Shown piece by piece: positions 10,009 through 20,821 of a stretch of 33,996 nucleotides of DNA. The translations under genes and the position numbers were made by a program. The DNA comes from Stramenopiles sp. TOSAG23-2. Its lineage: Eukaryota. Where the stretch lies: contig LT649354.1 in the NCBI GenBank assembly GCA_900128395.1, positions 1 through 33,996 of the forward strand, read 5' to 3'. Position 1 is the stretch's first letter. The number at the start of each line of letters is the position of its first letter. Under the pieces are notes generated by a model. That model searched no databases, was not told where the DNA came from, and saw only the letters and a program-made list of their open reading frames with translations.

Positions 10009-10133
10009 GTTTTTGAGTATATATATTTTGATATGGAGTTAAAGTAATCCAGTTCCATTATTATTACAAGTACTGTACCTGGGGCATTACTGGATTACGA
10101 GGAATAGCAATCAATTTTATTATGAGCAAGTCT

Positions 10134-10568
10134 CACTTATATGTACTTTTTTAATACACCTATGTGTACTTTTTAAAAAATTTCGTCTTTTGCCTTTATT
10201 TCTATTAGTATACGAACATGGTTACTAATTCCTTCTTTCTTTCTACCCCTAACCCTAACTTATTTTTAATACTAGAGCTTTGGCAGGCATTTCGTTAAAC
10301 CCTAATGGCATGACCGGTAGTTGCATACTATATGTAACAGGAATAAGTGACACCTACTCGTTTAATAAAAAACACGATTTTACCCTATATTTATATGCTA
10401 ATGTATATGTAGCCACTTTTCACTACTACCTCATTAATCTATGTCATAACTATATATAAAAGGTATTATTTTTGTGTTATTTTGACTATTTATATAGGCA
10501 AATGAGTGCTATTTTTTGGTAATATTTCGTAACTTTATTACCTTAAAACAAAAAGTACACAGAAGTGT
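10134..10568. mobile_element. Candidate non-autonomous element (MITE-like) with a 19-bp imperfect inverted repeat
   Basis: ACACCTATGTGTACTTTTT (10156-10174) matches the reverse complement of 10550-10568 (ACACTTCTGTGTACTTTTT) at 17/19. A second left copy lies at 10134-10151. Internal CCCTAACCCTAAC occurs at 10247-10259. No target-site duplication was found. Confidence 0.4.
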
Positions 10569-10661
10569 GGTTTTCTCTTTTATTATTATATTATACACAT
10601 CCGTTATTATAATTCTGGTTAAGGTTTTCTCCAGTGCGTAATACACCTTTTTTATTTTTAG

Positions 10662-11360
10662 ATTTTTAGAGAAGATTATTATTCTAATTATACCAGCAGG
10701 TATGTCTATGTATCATCTGACCGCCATCAGCTGTTGGTAGGAAAGTATTGCACTATTATTGGTTATATTATTGGCACATTGTACAGGTAACGCTTTAGCT
10801 TTGTTGTACATACAACTCATATTATTAAAATATTATTTTACCACATTTTACCTGTACGACTCGAAAAAAATGATCCTAAAATTGGTATAAAACAACTATC
10901 AATATTAGATGATTCATTCTATAGTAGCAAAACTTTATTGGTTGCAGTAGCGTGTGGATTGAAGTATAATAAAACACTGAGAGTGATAAATATCGATTAC
11001 GAAGAGCTGAGCAAAAGCAAACTGCACTTAGTAAGTTTATTAGCTGCCGTCGTTTATAATTTACGGTTTGTCTCGGAGACTGAGGAAAGTGATGAAGTTC
11101 CTGCCGATGATGATTCTAATATTATATTATTTCGCAGCATAAAGGAGAAGTTGTTAAATGAAGCGAGGACAATATGGAAACCGTTTAAAGGGTTAAAAAA
11201 CTCAGACTTGATCGATGGGATACTACAAGTATTTACAAAGAATATGGTCGAAGGGTTATCACATGAAACTATTTCAGGGCTACAAAAAGAATTGGATAAA
11301 CAGAGCTTCAGATCATTTATTGAGATTTGTAAGTCAAGGCACAGTGGGAAGAAGGGATGA
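10662..11360 (+). pseudogene. Interrupted or 5'-truncated gene with one tropomodulin/RNI-like LRR unit; may be a spliced gene
   Basis: The frame is open 10791-11360, upstream of the TTG-started track ORF: RLEKNDPKIGIKQLSIL...LLVAVACGLKYNKTLRVINID, which resembles the RL..NDP...L.L / A.GLK.N.TL..LNL LRR pattern. Possible upstream exons are 10662-10699 and 10741-10783/6. No start codon was resolved. Confidence 0.45.
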
Positions 11361-11463
11361 GTGGAATTATATCTTTATAAATGAACTTAATATAGTACTG
11401 TGATATATGATTAATTAATAATATAGAGAGAGAGATATAAAATGATCTTGTATCTAGATAGAT

Positions 11464-12672
11464 TTAATCTGTACCACCACTACCAACAACAACATACGTA
11501 GAAGCTCCTTCCATCTTTATATCGTCGTTATTTGATCTAGTTTTTCCATCATCCACCCTCATCATCATATTTTGTTTTTCTATATCGACTAATGCCTCTT
11601 GGTCCATTTTTTTCAAATCTCGTTTTGCTAATAATTTTAAATAGCGCGGCATATTACAAAATATAATTGTATTGACAATCATCCATAAAAATACTGGAAG
11701 CAAACTCAATGGAAGTGCCGGTGTAATATCAAAATCATTAAATCCTGTTGGATCTGTTCGATTACTGTTTTTAAATGCTTCGCTCGGAATAAATAGCTTT
11801 AATGAAAATCTTGTGCTAAACAATGCAATACTATAGACAGTCAAGATACCACCAACCGCAGCACATAATCTTATTGACATAGGAATACTAGGTCTACATT
11901 GTATTAATGCAGTTCGACTTGTTACAATACCTGTTTCTACGATAACAGTATCAAATAAATTTAAAAATGCAATGTGATTTAATATATAAGAATCAATGAT
12001 GGCATATTGACAATTTTTTGGCACTTCATATGCTGGCGAAGTTAATCCAATGCAACCAGTTGCTTCAGAAAGCAAGAATGTCATAAGCGATAAAACAGAC
12101 ATTCCCCGTTTTAATGCAGATACAGCAACATCATCTAAATGTGTATTATGTCTTCTTAATGCTTCTCTTAAATTTCCTAAGAAAAAATATGGCAACAATG
12201 CTACAATACCGTTAACAAATTGTATTAATATATAAGGAAAGTTTGAAATGAAAATACAATGAACAAAACATAAAAAGAAACAAAGTGCACTCACAATGTA
12301 ATGTAAACCATCTAATGTACATACATTCAAGCGTTTATTAGGCCCTTCAACTAATACTTCCTTTGTCTGTATTCCTGCATATACATGTTCATGAACTGTC
12401 CAACTAACGAGACTTATTGGATACAAAGCCTCTAAAAATATATGGTTAAAAGTCGAACGCCATAATGTTGGACCAAATGTAAACAATGATGCACAAAATA
12501 TGACAACCGTTATTAAAAACAAGGTTAATCTAGCACAAAAAAAGTTTGGATGAGTTTCATCTTTATCATTAACAGAGGTATCAACTTTTACTCTTATATT
12601 ATTTTTCTTTTCCAATAAAACGATGCGCTGCTCTAATCTTTTTAATACTTCACTTTCCAAAGATGAATTCAT
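11464..12672 (-). CDS. Multipass membrane protein (about 7-8 hydrophobic segments) with a short N-terminal coiled coil
   Basis: 402-aa ATG-started ORF with repeated ~20-aa hydrophobic stretches. No family was recognised. Confidence 0.8.
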   Translation of the reverse strand: MNSSLESEVLKRLEQRIVLLEKKNNIRVKVDTSVNDKDETHPNFFCARLTLFLITVVIFCASLFTFGPTLWRSTFNHIFLEALYPISLVSWTVHEHVYAGIQTKEVLVEGPNKRLNVCTLDGLHYIVSALCFFLCFVHCIFISNFPYILIQFVNGIVALLPYFFLGNLREALRRHNTHLDDVAVSALKRGMSVLSLMTFLLSEATGCIGLTSPAYEVPKNCQYAIIDSYILNHIAFLNLFDTVIVETGIVTSRTALIQCRPSIPMSIRLCAAVGGILTVYSIALFSTRFSLKLFIPSEAFKNSNRTDPTGFNDFDITPALPLSLLPVFLWMIVNTIIFCNMPRYLKLLAKRDLKKMDQEALVDIEKQNMMMRVDDGKTRSNNDDIKMEGASTYVVVGSGGTD

Positions 12673-13187
12673 CTTTTATTGTATCTATAGTTTTATTATT
12701 TTTCCTTTCCCCATATATAATACTAAATTTTATCTAAATACTTCTGTTTACTGATGTTGTTTTGTGAAAATGTATTAATTATTATTCAACAAATTAATTT
12801 CATATTCAAAAAAAGAGACGACTTCGGGTACGGAAGCCTAAGGCTGCTGTGGCCATAAAAACCCTAATTTACCCCTATCTTTTTCAATTCTACAACAGAT
12901 GATTGTACAACATTTTCAACAACAACAATACCAAGTAGCACAACAAAAAACAAAAACAAAGAAAGGTCCATGAAAACATATATTTGAGTATTGAGTAAGA
13001 ATTATAATCAAAAAATACAAAAGTGTATATAATAATTAAGATTCACTAAAACAATATTAAGAAGAAAAGATCAAAAGTAGAAGCATTTCGAAGTGCAAAC
13101 ATAGGCAAATACAGATATACATACACATATAAACATTTTAATTTTGTATATATATAATACATAGTGTAATAAAAATACAAATAGAAC

Positions 13188-14252
13188 ATGTCTAGTTTTA
13201 CACAAAATCTAACTAATTTTGTCACAAGGCAAGTAGAGTCCGTTAGAGAAATGACGGCACCAGTATTGCGTGAAAGTAAATTTGTAGAAAAAGGTGTATT
13301 GACACCAGATGAATTTGTACAAGCAGGTGATTTACTTGTTTACAAATGTCCCACGTGGGAATGGTGCACTGCTGATAAGAGCAAATTAAAATCATATTTA
13401 CCAGCAAACAAACAATTTTTAGTTACACGGAATATACCTTGTCTATCACGTGTTAATACTTTAATATCACAAAAATTTATGGAAGAAGTTATTGATAGTG
13501 GTGACAATGGCGAGGATGGTTGGTTAGCCACGCACATACAATCCAAAGATGGTGATTTAAGTTTGAAAAAAGCAATTTCGATTGAAGAGAAAGACAATAG
13601 TACGAACAACAACAATACTGACATATCTACAAGTATGAAAAATTTAAATGTAAATGTTGAAGTTACTACTACTACTACTAATAATAACAATAGTAGTGAT
13701 GGTAATGATAATAATGATGTAAAAAAGAGCAGCAAAGATGATACAACAAATAAAGAAGAGTCTGATGATGAATATGCAGATTTAGATGATTTGGAAGATG
13801 AAAGTTTAGTCGTAGAAGATACAGCAATTGCCAATGAAGAGGATGAACCTGAATACGTTTTTGCTGGTATGAATGACAATGTTCAATTTACAAGGCGATA
13901 TGATATCTATTTAACATATGATAAATATTATCAAACCCCAAGAGTATTTCTAAGTGGCAGTGACGAAAATGGACAACCATTACGCCCTGAACAAATTTTG
14001 GAAGATATTATGCAAGATTATGCAAACAAAACAGTGACTATCGAAGCATTTCCATTTACTGCTGGTGGTGTTTATGCAAGTATTCATCCATGCAAACATG
14101 CTTCAGTAATGAAAAAAATTGTCGATCATTTTGAAGATTCTGGACGTGTAGCTCGGGTTGATCAATATTTATTTATTTTTTTGAAATTTATACAATCGGT
14201 TATACCAACAATGAATTATGATCATACCATGTCTATGGAGGCAAAAACGTAA
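13188..14252 (+). CDS. ATG3: Autophagy E2-like conjugating enzyme Atg3
   Basis: Contains ESKF.EKGVLTPDEFVQAGDLLVYKCPTWEW, KQFLVTRNIPC, an acidic flexible region, TRRYD.YLTYDKYYQTPR, the catalytic SIHPCKH and YLFIFLKFIQSVIPTMNYD. Confidence 0.97.
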   Translation: MSSFTQNLTNFVTRQVESVREMTAPVLRESKFVEKGVLTPDEFVQAGDLLVYKCPTWEWCTADKSKLKSYLPANKQFLVTRNIPCLSRVNTLISQKFMEEVIDSGDNGEDGWLATHIQSKDGDLSLKKAISIEEKDNSTNNNNTDISTSMKNLNVNVEVTTTTTNNNNSSDGNDNNDVKKSSKDDTTNKEESDDEYADLDDLEDESLVVEDTAIANEEDEPEYVFAGMNDNVQFTRRYDIYLTYDKYYQTPRVFLSGSDENGQPLRPEQILEDIMQDYANKTVTIEAFPFTAGGVYASIHPCKHASVMKKIVDHFEDSGRVARVDQYLFIFLKFIQSVIPTMNYDHTMSMEAKT

Positions 14253-14558
14253 TATATACTTTTCATAAAAATTGAAACGAAAATACTAAGAGTATAGATT
14301 TTATGCTATGTGCGAAATCGGCACACCTTTGATCTTTTTGGCTGTCATCTCGTTTAATTTTTTCATTTTATTTTTATAAAATATAATGACGAGAGTATAA
14401 AATTTTTATGCACACACATTTTAACTCTTTTTAGCTATACACATACATGTGATTTTTAATTATGATTATGACACATGCATAAAAAATTTATATATATATT
14501 CATTACTACTAGTATCATATATATTAAAAAAAATAGCTCTAAATCAATCATCAATTTA

Positions 14559-15815
14559 TCAATCCCCGCTACTTGTCCTACCACGTGTACCTTTGAAACG
14601 ATTCATTACCATGACCGAACGTATACCACGTTTTAATTTGTCATTGCTTGTAGTCTTAATTACATCATGAAAAATATTAAATGATGCCCATATCTTTAAT
14701 TTTTTCCCTCCCTGCTGTGCAACTCGGGCTTCTCGCAAGTTTTGCACATTCGTAATATAAAAATGGCTTTTTTTCGTTATTTCATTTTTATTTAGAAATA
14801 AATTTTCAAGACCATGGTTCCGTTTCAATGATTCAGTCAACGCAATTGCTCCATCGTCTTTAATATTATTGTTATGCAAAGATAATTCTCTCAATGTAAA
14901 ATTTGTTTTTAATGCATCCCCTAATGCGTTTGCTCCATCATCACTAATGTAATTATTTTGTAAATATAGTTTAGCAATATTCGTTTTGTTTAACAAATCT
15001 GCTATTGCCATCGCACCTTTACATTGAATATTATTTGCATTCAAACTTAAAACTTCGATCGAATTATTTATTTTTAACAAAGTACTTAACGCAATTATAT
15101 CCTCATCTTCTAGTTCTCGACCGTCTAAATTTAATTCAACTGTCTCATTGTTAACAATCGCATTACACTTCAATTTACTACCGAGAATCGTTTCCAATTT
15201 TCCTATCATGCCTGTATTTGCTAATACATTAACCATTTTTGTGTGTATTTTTTCCTTGGAATGAAGACGATGTAATCCTTGAGATGGTGGTACATCATTC
15301 CTATCATTGTTGATACTACTACAATCTGATAATAATTCTACAATACATTTTTCCTTCCATTTCTTAATATTACTAGAAATATCATACATACGCATTAATT
15401 GTGTTTTATTTTCACATTGTATGATATAAATTTCTCCACTAACTGTAACGTCGTGAACGGTTAAGGTAACAAGCATTTTTTTCGTTGTTTCAAAAACCTG
15501 TTTATTTATATGCACTACTACTAATTTTAATGTCTTCATGAGTACTTTAGAAACAGCAAATTCATCTCTATCTCCACGCATTAATTTATCTGCAATTCGC
15601 ATATTAAAGTCTTCCAATTTTTGTCCTTCGATACCAATATTAGCGGTATATTTTTGAATATATTTTGACATACCATATAATACTTTTTGCAATGCTAGAT
15701 ACGAGGATGTGTTTGCAATTCGTGGTCGGCCTTTTACATGTTTTGTAGGAATCACACTTGTTTCTATTATTGCTTCCGATTTTTTTTTTTTAAATTTTGC
15801 CATAAATGATGCCAT
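14559..15815 (-). CDS. Protein with C-terminal RNI-like (28-aa) leucine-rich repeats
   Basis: Four to five repeats of the form L.L..N.I...GA.AL...L..N..L (e.g. LRELSLHNNNIKDDGAIALTESLKRNHGLENLFLNKNEI). Confidence 0.88.
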   Translation of the reverse strand: MASFMAKFKKKKSEAIIETSVIPTKHVKGRPRIANTSSYLALQKVLYGMSKYIQKYTANIGIEGQKLEDFNMRIADKLMRGDRDEFAVSKVLMKTLKLVVVHINKQVFETTKKMLVTLTVHDVTVSGEIYIIQCENKTQLMRMYDISSNIKKWKEKCIVELLSDCSSINNDRNDVPPSQGLHRLHSKEKIHTKMVNVLANTGMIGKLETILGSKLKCNAIVNNETVELNLDGRELEDEDIIALSTLLKINNSIEVLSLNANNIQCKGAMAIADLLNKTNIAKLYLQNNYISDDGANALGDALKTNFTLRELSLHNNNIKDDGAIALTESLKRNHGLENLFLNKNEITKKSHFYITNVQNLREARVAQQGGKKLKIWASFNIFHDVIKTTSNDKLKRGIRSVMVMNRFKGTRGRTSSGD

Positions 15816-15819
15816 GTTA

Positions 15820-15991
15820 TTAATAATATCGTATCAGAAATAAATAGAAAATGTTATCAGGACTTCGAAGATTTCTTATATGATGTATTATTGAAATAAT
15901 ATTCTTAATAATATCGTATCAGAAATAAATAGAAAATGTTATCAGGACTTCGAAGATTTCTTATATGATGTATTATTGAAATAATATTCTT
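15820..15991. repeat. Exact tandem duplication, 85-bp unit
   Basis: 15820-15904 is identical to 15905-15989, immediately upstream of the LRR gene ATG. Confidence 0.95.
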
Positions 15992-16244
15992 TGTCATGCC
16001 ACTTCCATTTTATATATATGTATGTACCCCACATGTGACATATTAAATGTGTACGCGTATATAAAAAGTGTGCATTACCCAGGTATACATACATATACGA
16101 CTAGCTACTATGTGATGCACTTCTGTGTTTTGTGTGCCGAAATGTATAAGTTAAGCATGGATATAGCATTGGCTATCATACAGTAATTAGGTACAGTTAC
16201 AGTAACCGCAAACTCCTATATATCGAACGTGGCTTGAGCTAGTA

Positions 16245-17026
16245 ACTATCCCCTAACCGGCGAGTTCCCGGATATCCCGGAATTCGCCCTATCTTTCCAA
16301 AATAAATTCAAATTTTCCCGAAATTTCCATTTTGAACATATATAGAGTTGAGGAACGCATTCTACACATCAAACTGATTTCAAAATTCGCCCTATCTTTC
16401 CAAAATAAATTCAAATTTTCCCGAAATTTCCATTTTGAACATATATAGAGTTGAGGAACGCATTCTACACATCAAACTGATTTCAAAACACCCTTCATAT
16501 GCAACCAAACTCCATCTTGAATTTGAATTACAGCAAGTTAAAGTATGTTCATTTACTGTTAATTTAACATTTTTAACGTTCATGTGACGTTTAACATACA
16601 TATACCATACCTTTGTTCAACTGATTTATTCTTGTAAATTAAAAGATATTTTTGTTATATTTTTGTTGGTTATAGTTACTAAAGTATGGTATTTATGATA
16701 GGAGGAAAAAGATACAATACGGGGGAATGGTAGGCGAACAAAATAAATTTCCGATATATATTATATACATTTGGTATACTTTACTACAATTGATATAGGT
16801 AAATAGTAACAGTACCAATAAATATTATAACATTAATTCCGTTTTTCATAAAATTCTACCAAATATGAGTTTCCTGAATTCCGTCAAACTCCGGAATTCG
16901 CTATCTCCCGTTAGGGGATAGTGCCGAGAGTTAACATTAATTCCGTTTTTCATAAAATTCTACCAAATATGAGTTTCCTGAATTCCGTCAAACTCCGGAA
17001 TTCGCTATCTCCCGTTAGGGGATAGT
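16245..17026. mobile_element. Candidate MITE with a 13-bp perfect terminal inverted repeat
   Basis: ACTATCCCCTAAC (16245-16257) pairs with GTTAGGGGATAGT (16910-16922, again at 17014-17026 in the duplicated copy). Subterminal CCGGAATTCGC is present at both ends (16277, 16891). No ORF and no TSD were found. Confidence 0.5.
16281..16488. repeat. Exact tandem duplication, 103-bp unit
   Basis: 16281-16383 is identical to 16384-16486. Confidence 0.95.
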
Positions 17027-17036
17027 GCCGAGAGTT
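16828..17036. repeat. Exact tandem duplication, 104-bp unit
   Basis: 16828-16931 is identical to 16932-17035 and includes the right inverted repeat. Confidence 0.95.
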
Positions 17037-17884
17037 GAGAGTTAGAGAGAGTAACGTTGAATAAGCTTTTATAAAATAGTTGTTCATACACATTTTTATT
17101 ATTGTGTCATACATCAGGTATATCGATATTAATACATCATGTAGATAGACGACAATTGATGTTTTTTTTAAAAAAAGAATTTATTTAATTATACCAATAC
17201 CGAGATCAAATTAGATTAAAAGAGGTAACATAAACACACACATTCACACACAGTAAATCAACTGCTAGTGTTTTAAATAATAACTCCGCAAGGCGTAAAA
17301 GACAGAAAAAAATAAAAAATAAAAAACATTTTTCAAGACGAAGCATGGCATTAGATCATGCATTAGATAATGAATTAGAAAGACATTTAGTTTTGGAGCG
17401 CAAACGATTAGGTGTGAGTTGAAGAGGGATTTAAACTCTCTCTTTGTTGTTACTTTTTTGTTTAAAAAAAAACACACACAGAAAATTAAAATTAAAATAT
17501 ATTTTTTTCGTATGCATAAAGGAGATGTAATCAATATAATATTAATGACCATATGCATACGATATGTTCAAATATCATATATATGATATGATATGTGTTT
17601 TTCTCTTACTCATATGTTATATATAAAATTCTATATATATTAATGAGATTGTACGCGCGTATTAAATTACCGATGTGTAACACACTCTTTTTGTTTTTTA
17701 TTCTGGTTTAGTGCTTTATTTTTAATATTATTTAGTGATACATATTTAATACGAATTCGTAAAAAATTTAAAAAAAAATACGAAGTACGAGAATAAAAAA
17801 TATATTTTTTTTACTTCTTGAAACTTTAATTTTAAAGGGGAGGGGGGGAAATAAAAATCCCCAAACACAATCTCATTTGTTTGA

Positions 17885-19960
17885 TTAAAACCGATGACGA
17901 CCAAATCCACTTAAATTACTTTGTCCTTGTTGGTTATTATTATTATTAGAATTATTGCTACCAAATGAGCTAGGTTCAAATCCTCCACCACCACCACTAT
18001 TACCACCACCTAAACCTGTGCCACCACCCATATACTTAGGTTGATACCCACTATTGCTATTGTTCGTATTTGTATTTCCTAAAATGCCAGCGCCGGCACT
18101 TTTGAATCCACGACGTCCACCACTACGTTGTGCACGTGTAGTTGGAACATAGCCACCAGGTTTGTATCCTTGTCGTTGACCACCAGATGGAGGAGCTTGG
18201 CCGTAATTATCGCCGTTGCTACCAAAACCACCACCACCACCAAAATTACTAGTACTACCTGGTACTGGACTGTTGGATTTTCCTGGACCATAACGTGCAA
18301 GACGTGCATATCGGCTGGTGGAGTTGCTGCTGTTCACATTGTTGCTCGAACCTCCTAAATTGTTGTTATTACCGAAATTATAATTTGAATTGCTATTGGA
18401 ACTAAATCCTCCTCCCTGAGCTCTTCCAAAATTATTGTTGTTGCTGTTGTTATTATTATTTCGACTGTTTCTTCCACTACCAAAGCCACTATAATTACTA
18501 TTATTATTGTTGCTGCTAGTATTATTGCTTGAACCCCCTAAAATATCGCCAGTATCAAAGTTACTATTCATTCCAAAACCACTATTTGACGGTTTACCAA
18601 AACCACTATTCTTATCACCACCAAAAGAATATCCCGCTTTTGCCTGTTGTTGAGCATTATTGCTTGAAGTGTTAATATTGCTATTTGTACTTTGACTACT
18701 AGCACCATAATCAAATCCACTTCCTCCTGTACTACCAGTACGATTCGTGGCATTGCTAAGATTGTTATTATTGGAAGATACATTGTTGTTGTTGCTGCTG
18801 CTGCTGCTACTACTATTGTTGTTGTTATTGGAAAAATTGCTATTGGCATTACTATTATTATTCCTACTATTAAAATTACTGCTGCTGCTATTATTGCTTA
18901 ACCTTCCTGCACCAAACGATGAGCTATTATTACTAGACGATAATCCACCTAGATTAGTTAATGGATCATTGTTATTTTGGCTTAGATTTTTCTCTGGCAA
19001 ACCAGGTTTTTCGACACGAGGACGATTAATTTGACTTTGAAATCCAGATTCCATTGACAATGTTTTTGGCGGCGAACCTGTGCCAGATGGTGGTGCTGTC
19101 ATATTGACTTGGAAAAATGGATATTGCAAGCATTGGCTAGCAGTTGGCCTTTTGTGTGGATCAAATTGCAACATATCGCTAATCAATTGAACAGCTTCTG
19201 GGCTGGCATTTGGTATAAGTGAGTTCAAAGGTGTTGGTACAAATTGTGGAAAACGAAAATTCATTTGTGCTGCTAATTTAATACCTTGTGGCCATGATTT
19301 GTTGCTAGGTGATCCTAATACAGAACATATTTTGTATATTTGATCAGCCTCGCTACTACCAGGAAACAAAGGTCGAAGTGTAAATAATTCTGCCATCATG
19401 CAACCAACTGCAAAGACATCAATTGGAGAATTGTATGCTGTGCTACGAAGCAATACTTCTGGTGCACGATACCACCTTGTTGATACATAGTCTGTATATG
19501 GTGGTCTAGACCGTATTTCCCTTGCTAAACCGAAATCAGCAATTTTCACTGTATCGCCCTTTACTAACATATTTTCAGGTTTGATATCACGATGGAAAAA
19601 TCCATGCTTGTGCATGAATGCAAGCCCTTGCAATAGTTGGTATACGATGTTTCTAATACGTGCTTCTGGAAAGGAACGGTCTCTGTTTTTTGTAATTTCA
19701 TATAAATTAGCTTCCATAAATTCAAAAACAAAAAATAATTCGTCGTTTTCACGTATGACTTCTTTTAATTTTACGATGTTTGGATGGTTTAATTTCTTTA
19801 AAGAATTTACTTCTCTTAATTGCATACATTCCTCCCATGTATAAAACTTCTTTTTCATCTTTTTAATAGCAACCACTTCATGAGTTGATCTATTTACAGC
19901 TTTTAATACAGAACCATATGTACCATCACCTAACTGTTTCGTTACTTTGTACCTATTCAT
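17885..19960 (-). CDS. MAK: MAK/ICK-type (RCK family, CMGC) Ser/Thr kinase with a long N/S/G-rich tail
   Basis: Starts [18 protein letters not shown], with [27 protein letters not shown] and [27 protein letters not shown] (TDY activation loop). The true ATG is at 19960. Confidence 0.95.
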   Translation of the reverse strand: MNRYKVTKQLGDGTYGSVLKAVNRSTHEVVAIKKMKKKFYTWEECMQLREVNSLKKLNHPNIVKLKEVIRENDELFFVFEFMEANLYEITKNRDRSFPEARIRNIVYQLLQGLAFMHKHGFFHRDIKPENMLVKGDTVKIADFGLAREIRSRPPYTDYVSTRWYRAPEVLLRSTAYNSPIDVFAVGCMMAELFTLRPLFPGSSEADQIYKICSVLGSPSNKSWPQGIKLAAQMNFRFPQFVPTPLNSLIPNASPEAVQLISDMLQFDPHKRPTASQCLQYPFFQVNMTAPPSGTGSPPKTLSMESGFQSQINRPRVEKPGLPEKNLSQNNNDPLTNLGGLSSSNNSSSFGAGRLSNNSSSSNFNSRNNNSNANSNFSNNNNNSSSSSSSNNNNVSSNNNNLSNATNRTGSTGGSGFDYGASSQSTNSNINTSSNNAQQQAKAGYSFGGDKNSGFGKPSNSGFGMNSNFDTGDILGGSSNNTSSNNNNSNYSGFGSGRNSRNNNNNSNNNNFGRAQGGGFSSNSNSNYNFGNNNNLGGSSNNVNSSNSTSRYARLARYGPGKSNSPVPGSTSNFGGGGGFGSNGDNYGQAPPSGGQRQGYKPGGYVPTTRAQRSGGRRGFKSAGAGILGNTNTNNSNSGYQPKYMGGGTGLGGGNSGGGGGFEPSSFGSNNSNNNNNQQGQSNLSGFGRHRF

Positions 19961-20540
19961 GTTTATATATATTTTATTATATTCTTGTACTATTAAATTA
20001 AAATAAAATTGTTGTAGTAAACACAAATAATATATATCTATATATATATCTATATCTTAATAATATACAAATGCTTGTTACAAATGTAACAATAGTATCG
20101 TATATATATATAAATGTAATAATATGGAAGTTATTGACGATGATACAAGTATAAACACATTCATCATCATATTCGTCTGTTTTATTATTATTATATGTTA
20201 CTAATAGTATTGAAAGTATAAATGCAATCCAATTTCAAATAATTTTTAACACATTTAACATGAAATAGCATTACCGGTATTTACAGTTAAACGTCGTTTA
20301 GTTTTTGTTAATTAAATATACACACCAAAATAGTTAAAATCACAAAATATCCAAATATCCAATATTATAGTATGTATTCACAAGCTAATTTAAAAATATA
20401 ATAAAAAAATATCCGAAATAAATGTGCTATACGATGTAGATAATATTGAATAATGTTATAGGTTAAAATGCTAAAATGACAGTAATTAATATAGAACCTT
20501 CCAACAGCACTGGAAGCTTTTTTAATTTCAAACTTTTGTA

Positions 20541-20570
20541 GTGCTAATATGGTGCTAATATGGTGCTAAT
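20541..20570. repeat. 11-bp tandem repeat (GTGCTAATATG x2.7) in the MAK/DNAAF1 divergent intergenic region
   Basis: Read directly: GTGCTAATATG GTGCTAATATG GTGCTAAT. Confidence 0.85.
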
Positions 20571-20821
20571 GATTTCAATGATGGTGGTTGTTGTTTGTTG
20601 TTTGAAAACAACTAACAACTGATGTACATATACTTTATACTAATATAATTTCATAGAATAATCAGAGTTGCATATGCGTTTTGTTTTCTTTATGTGTACT
20701 TATGTAAGTCGTTTCCATTTATATCATATCGTATTTAATAAATATACATCGGCGGTATAGAAAATAAGAACATATCAACAAAGTACCAACAAGAAGAAAA
20801 AAGAAGAGATATTAAATAACC

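Noticed and set aside
10247-10259. Chromosome end or telomeric array
   Set aside because: Only two CCCTAA units, with genes on both sides.
17036-17884. Possible ncRNA (tRNA, snRNA or snoRNA) in the long region 3' of MAK and in 27460-28150
   Set aside because: I could not recognise any tRNA cloverleaf or A/B boxes, or any U-snRNA core sequence, by eye. An Infernal/Rfam scan would be needed to exclude them.
18079-19034. Hydrophobic (poly-L/V/I) ORFs overlapping MAK, and similar antisense ORFs in ATG3, DNAAF1 and the FKBP gene
   Set aside because: They are alternative-frame readings of AAT/AGC/GAT trinucleotide tracts in real genes.
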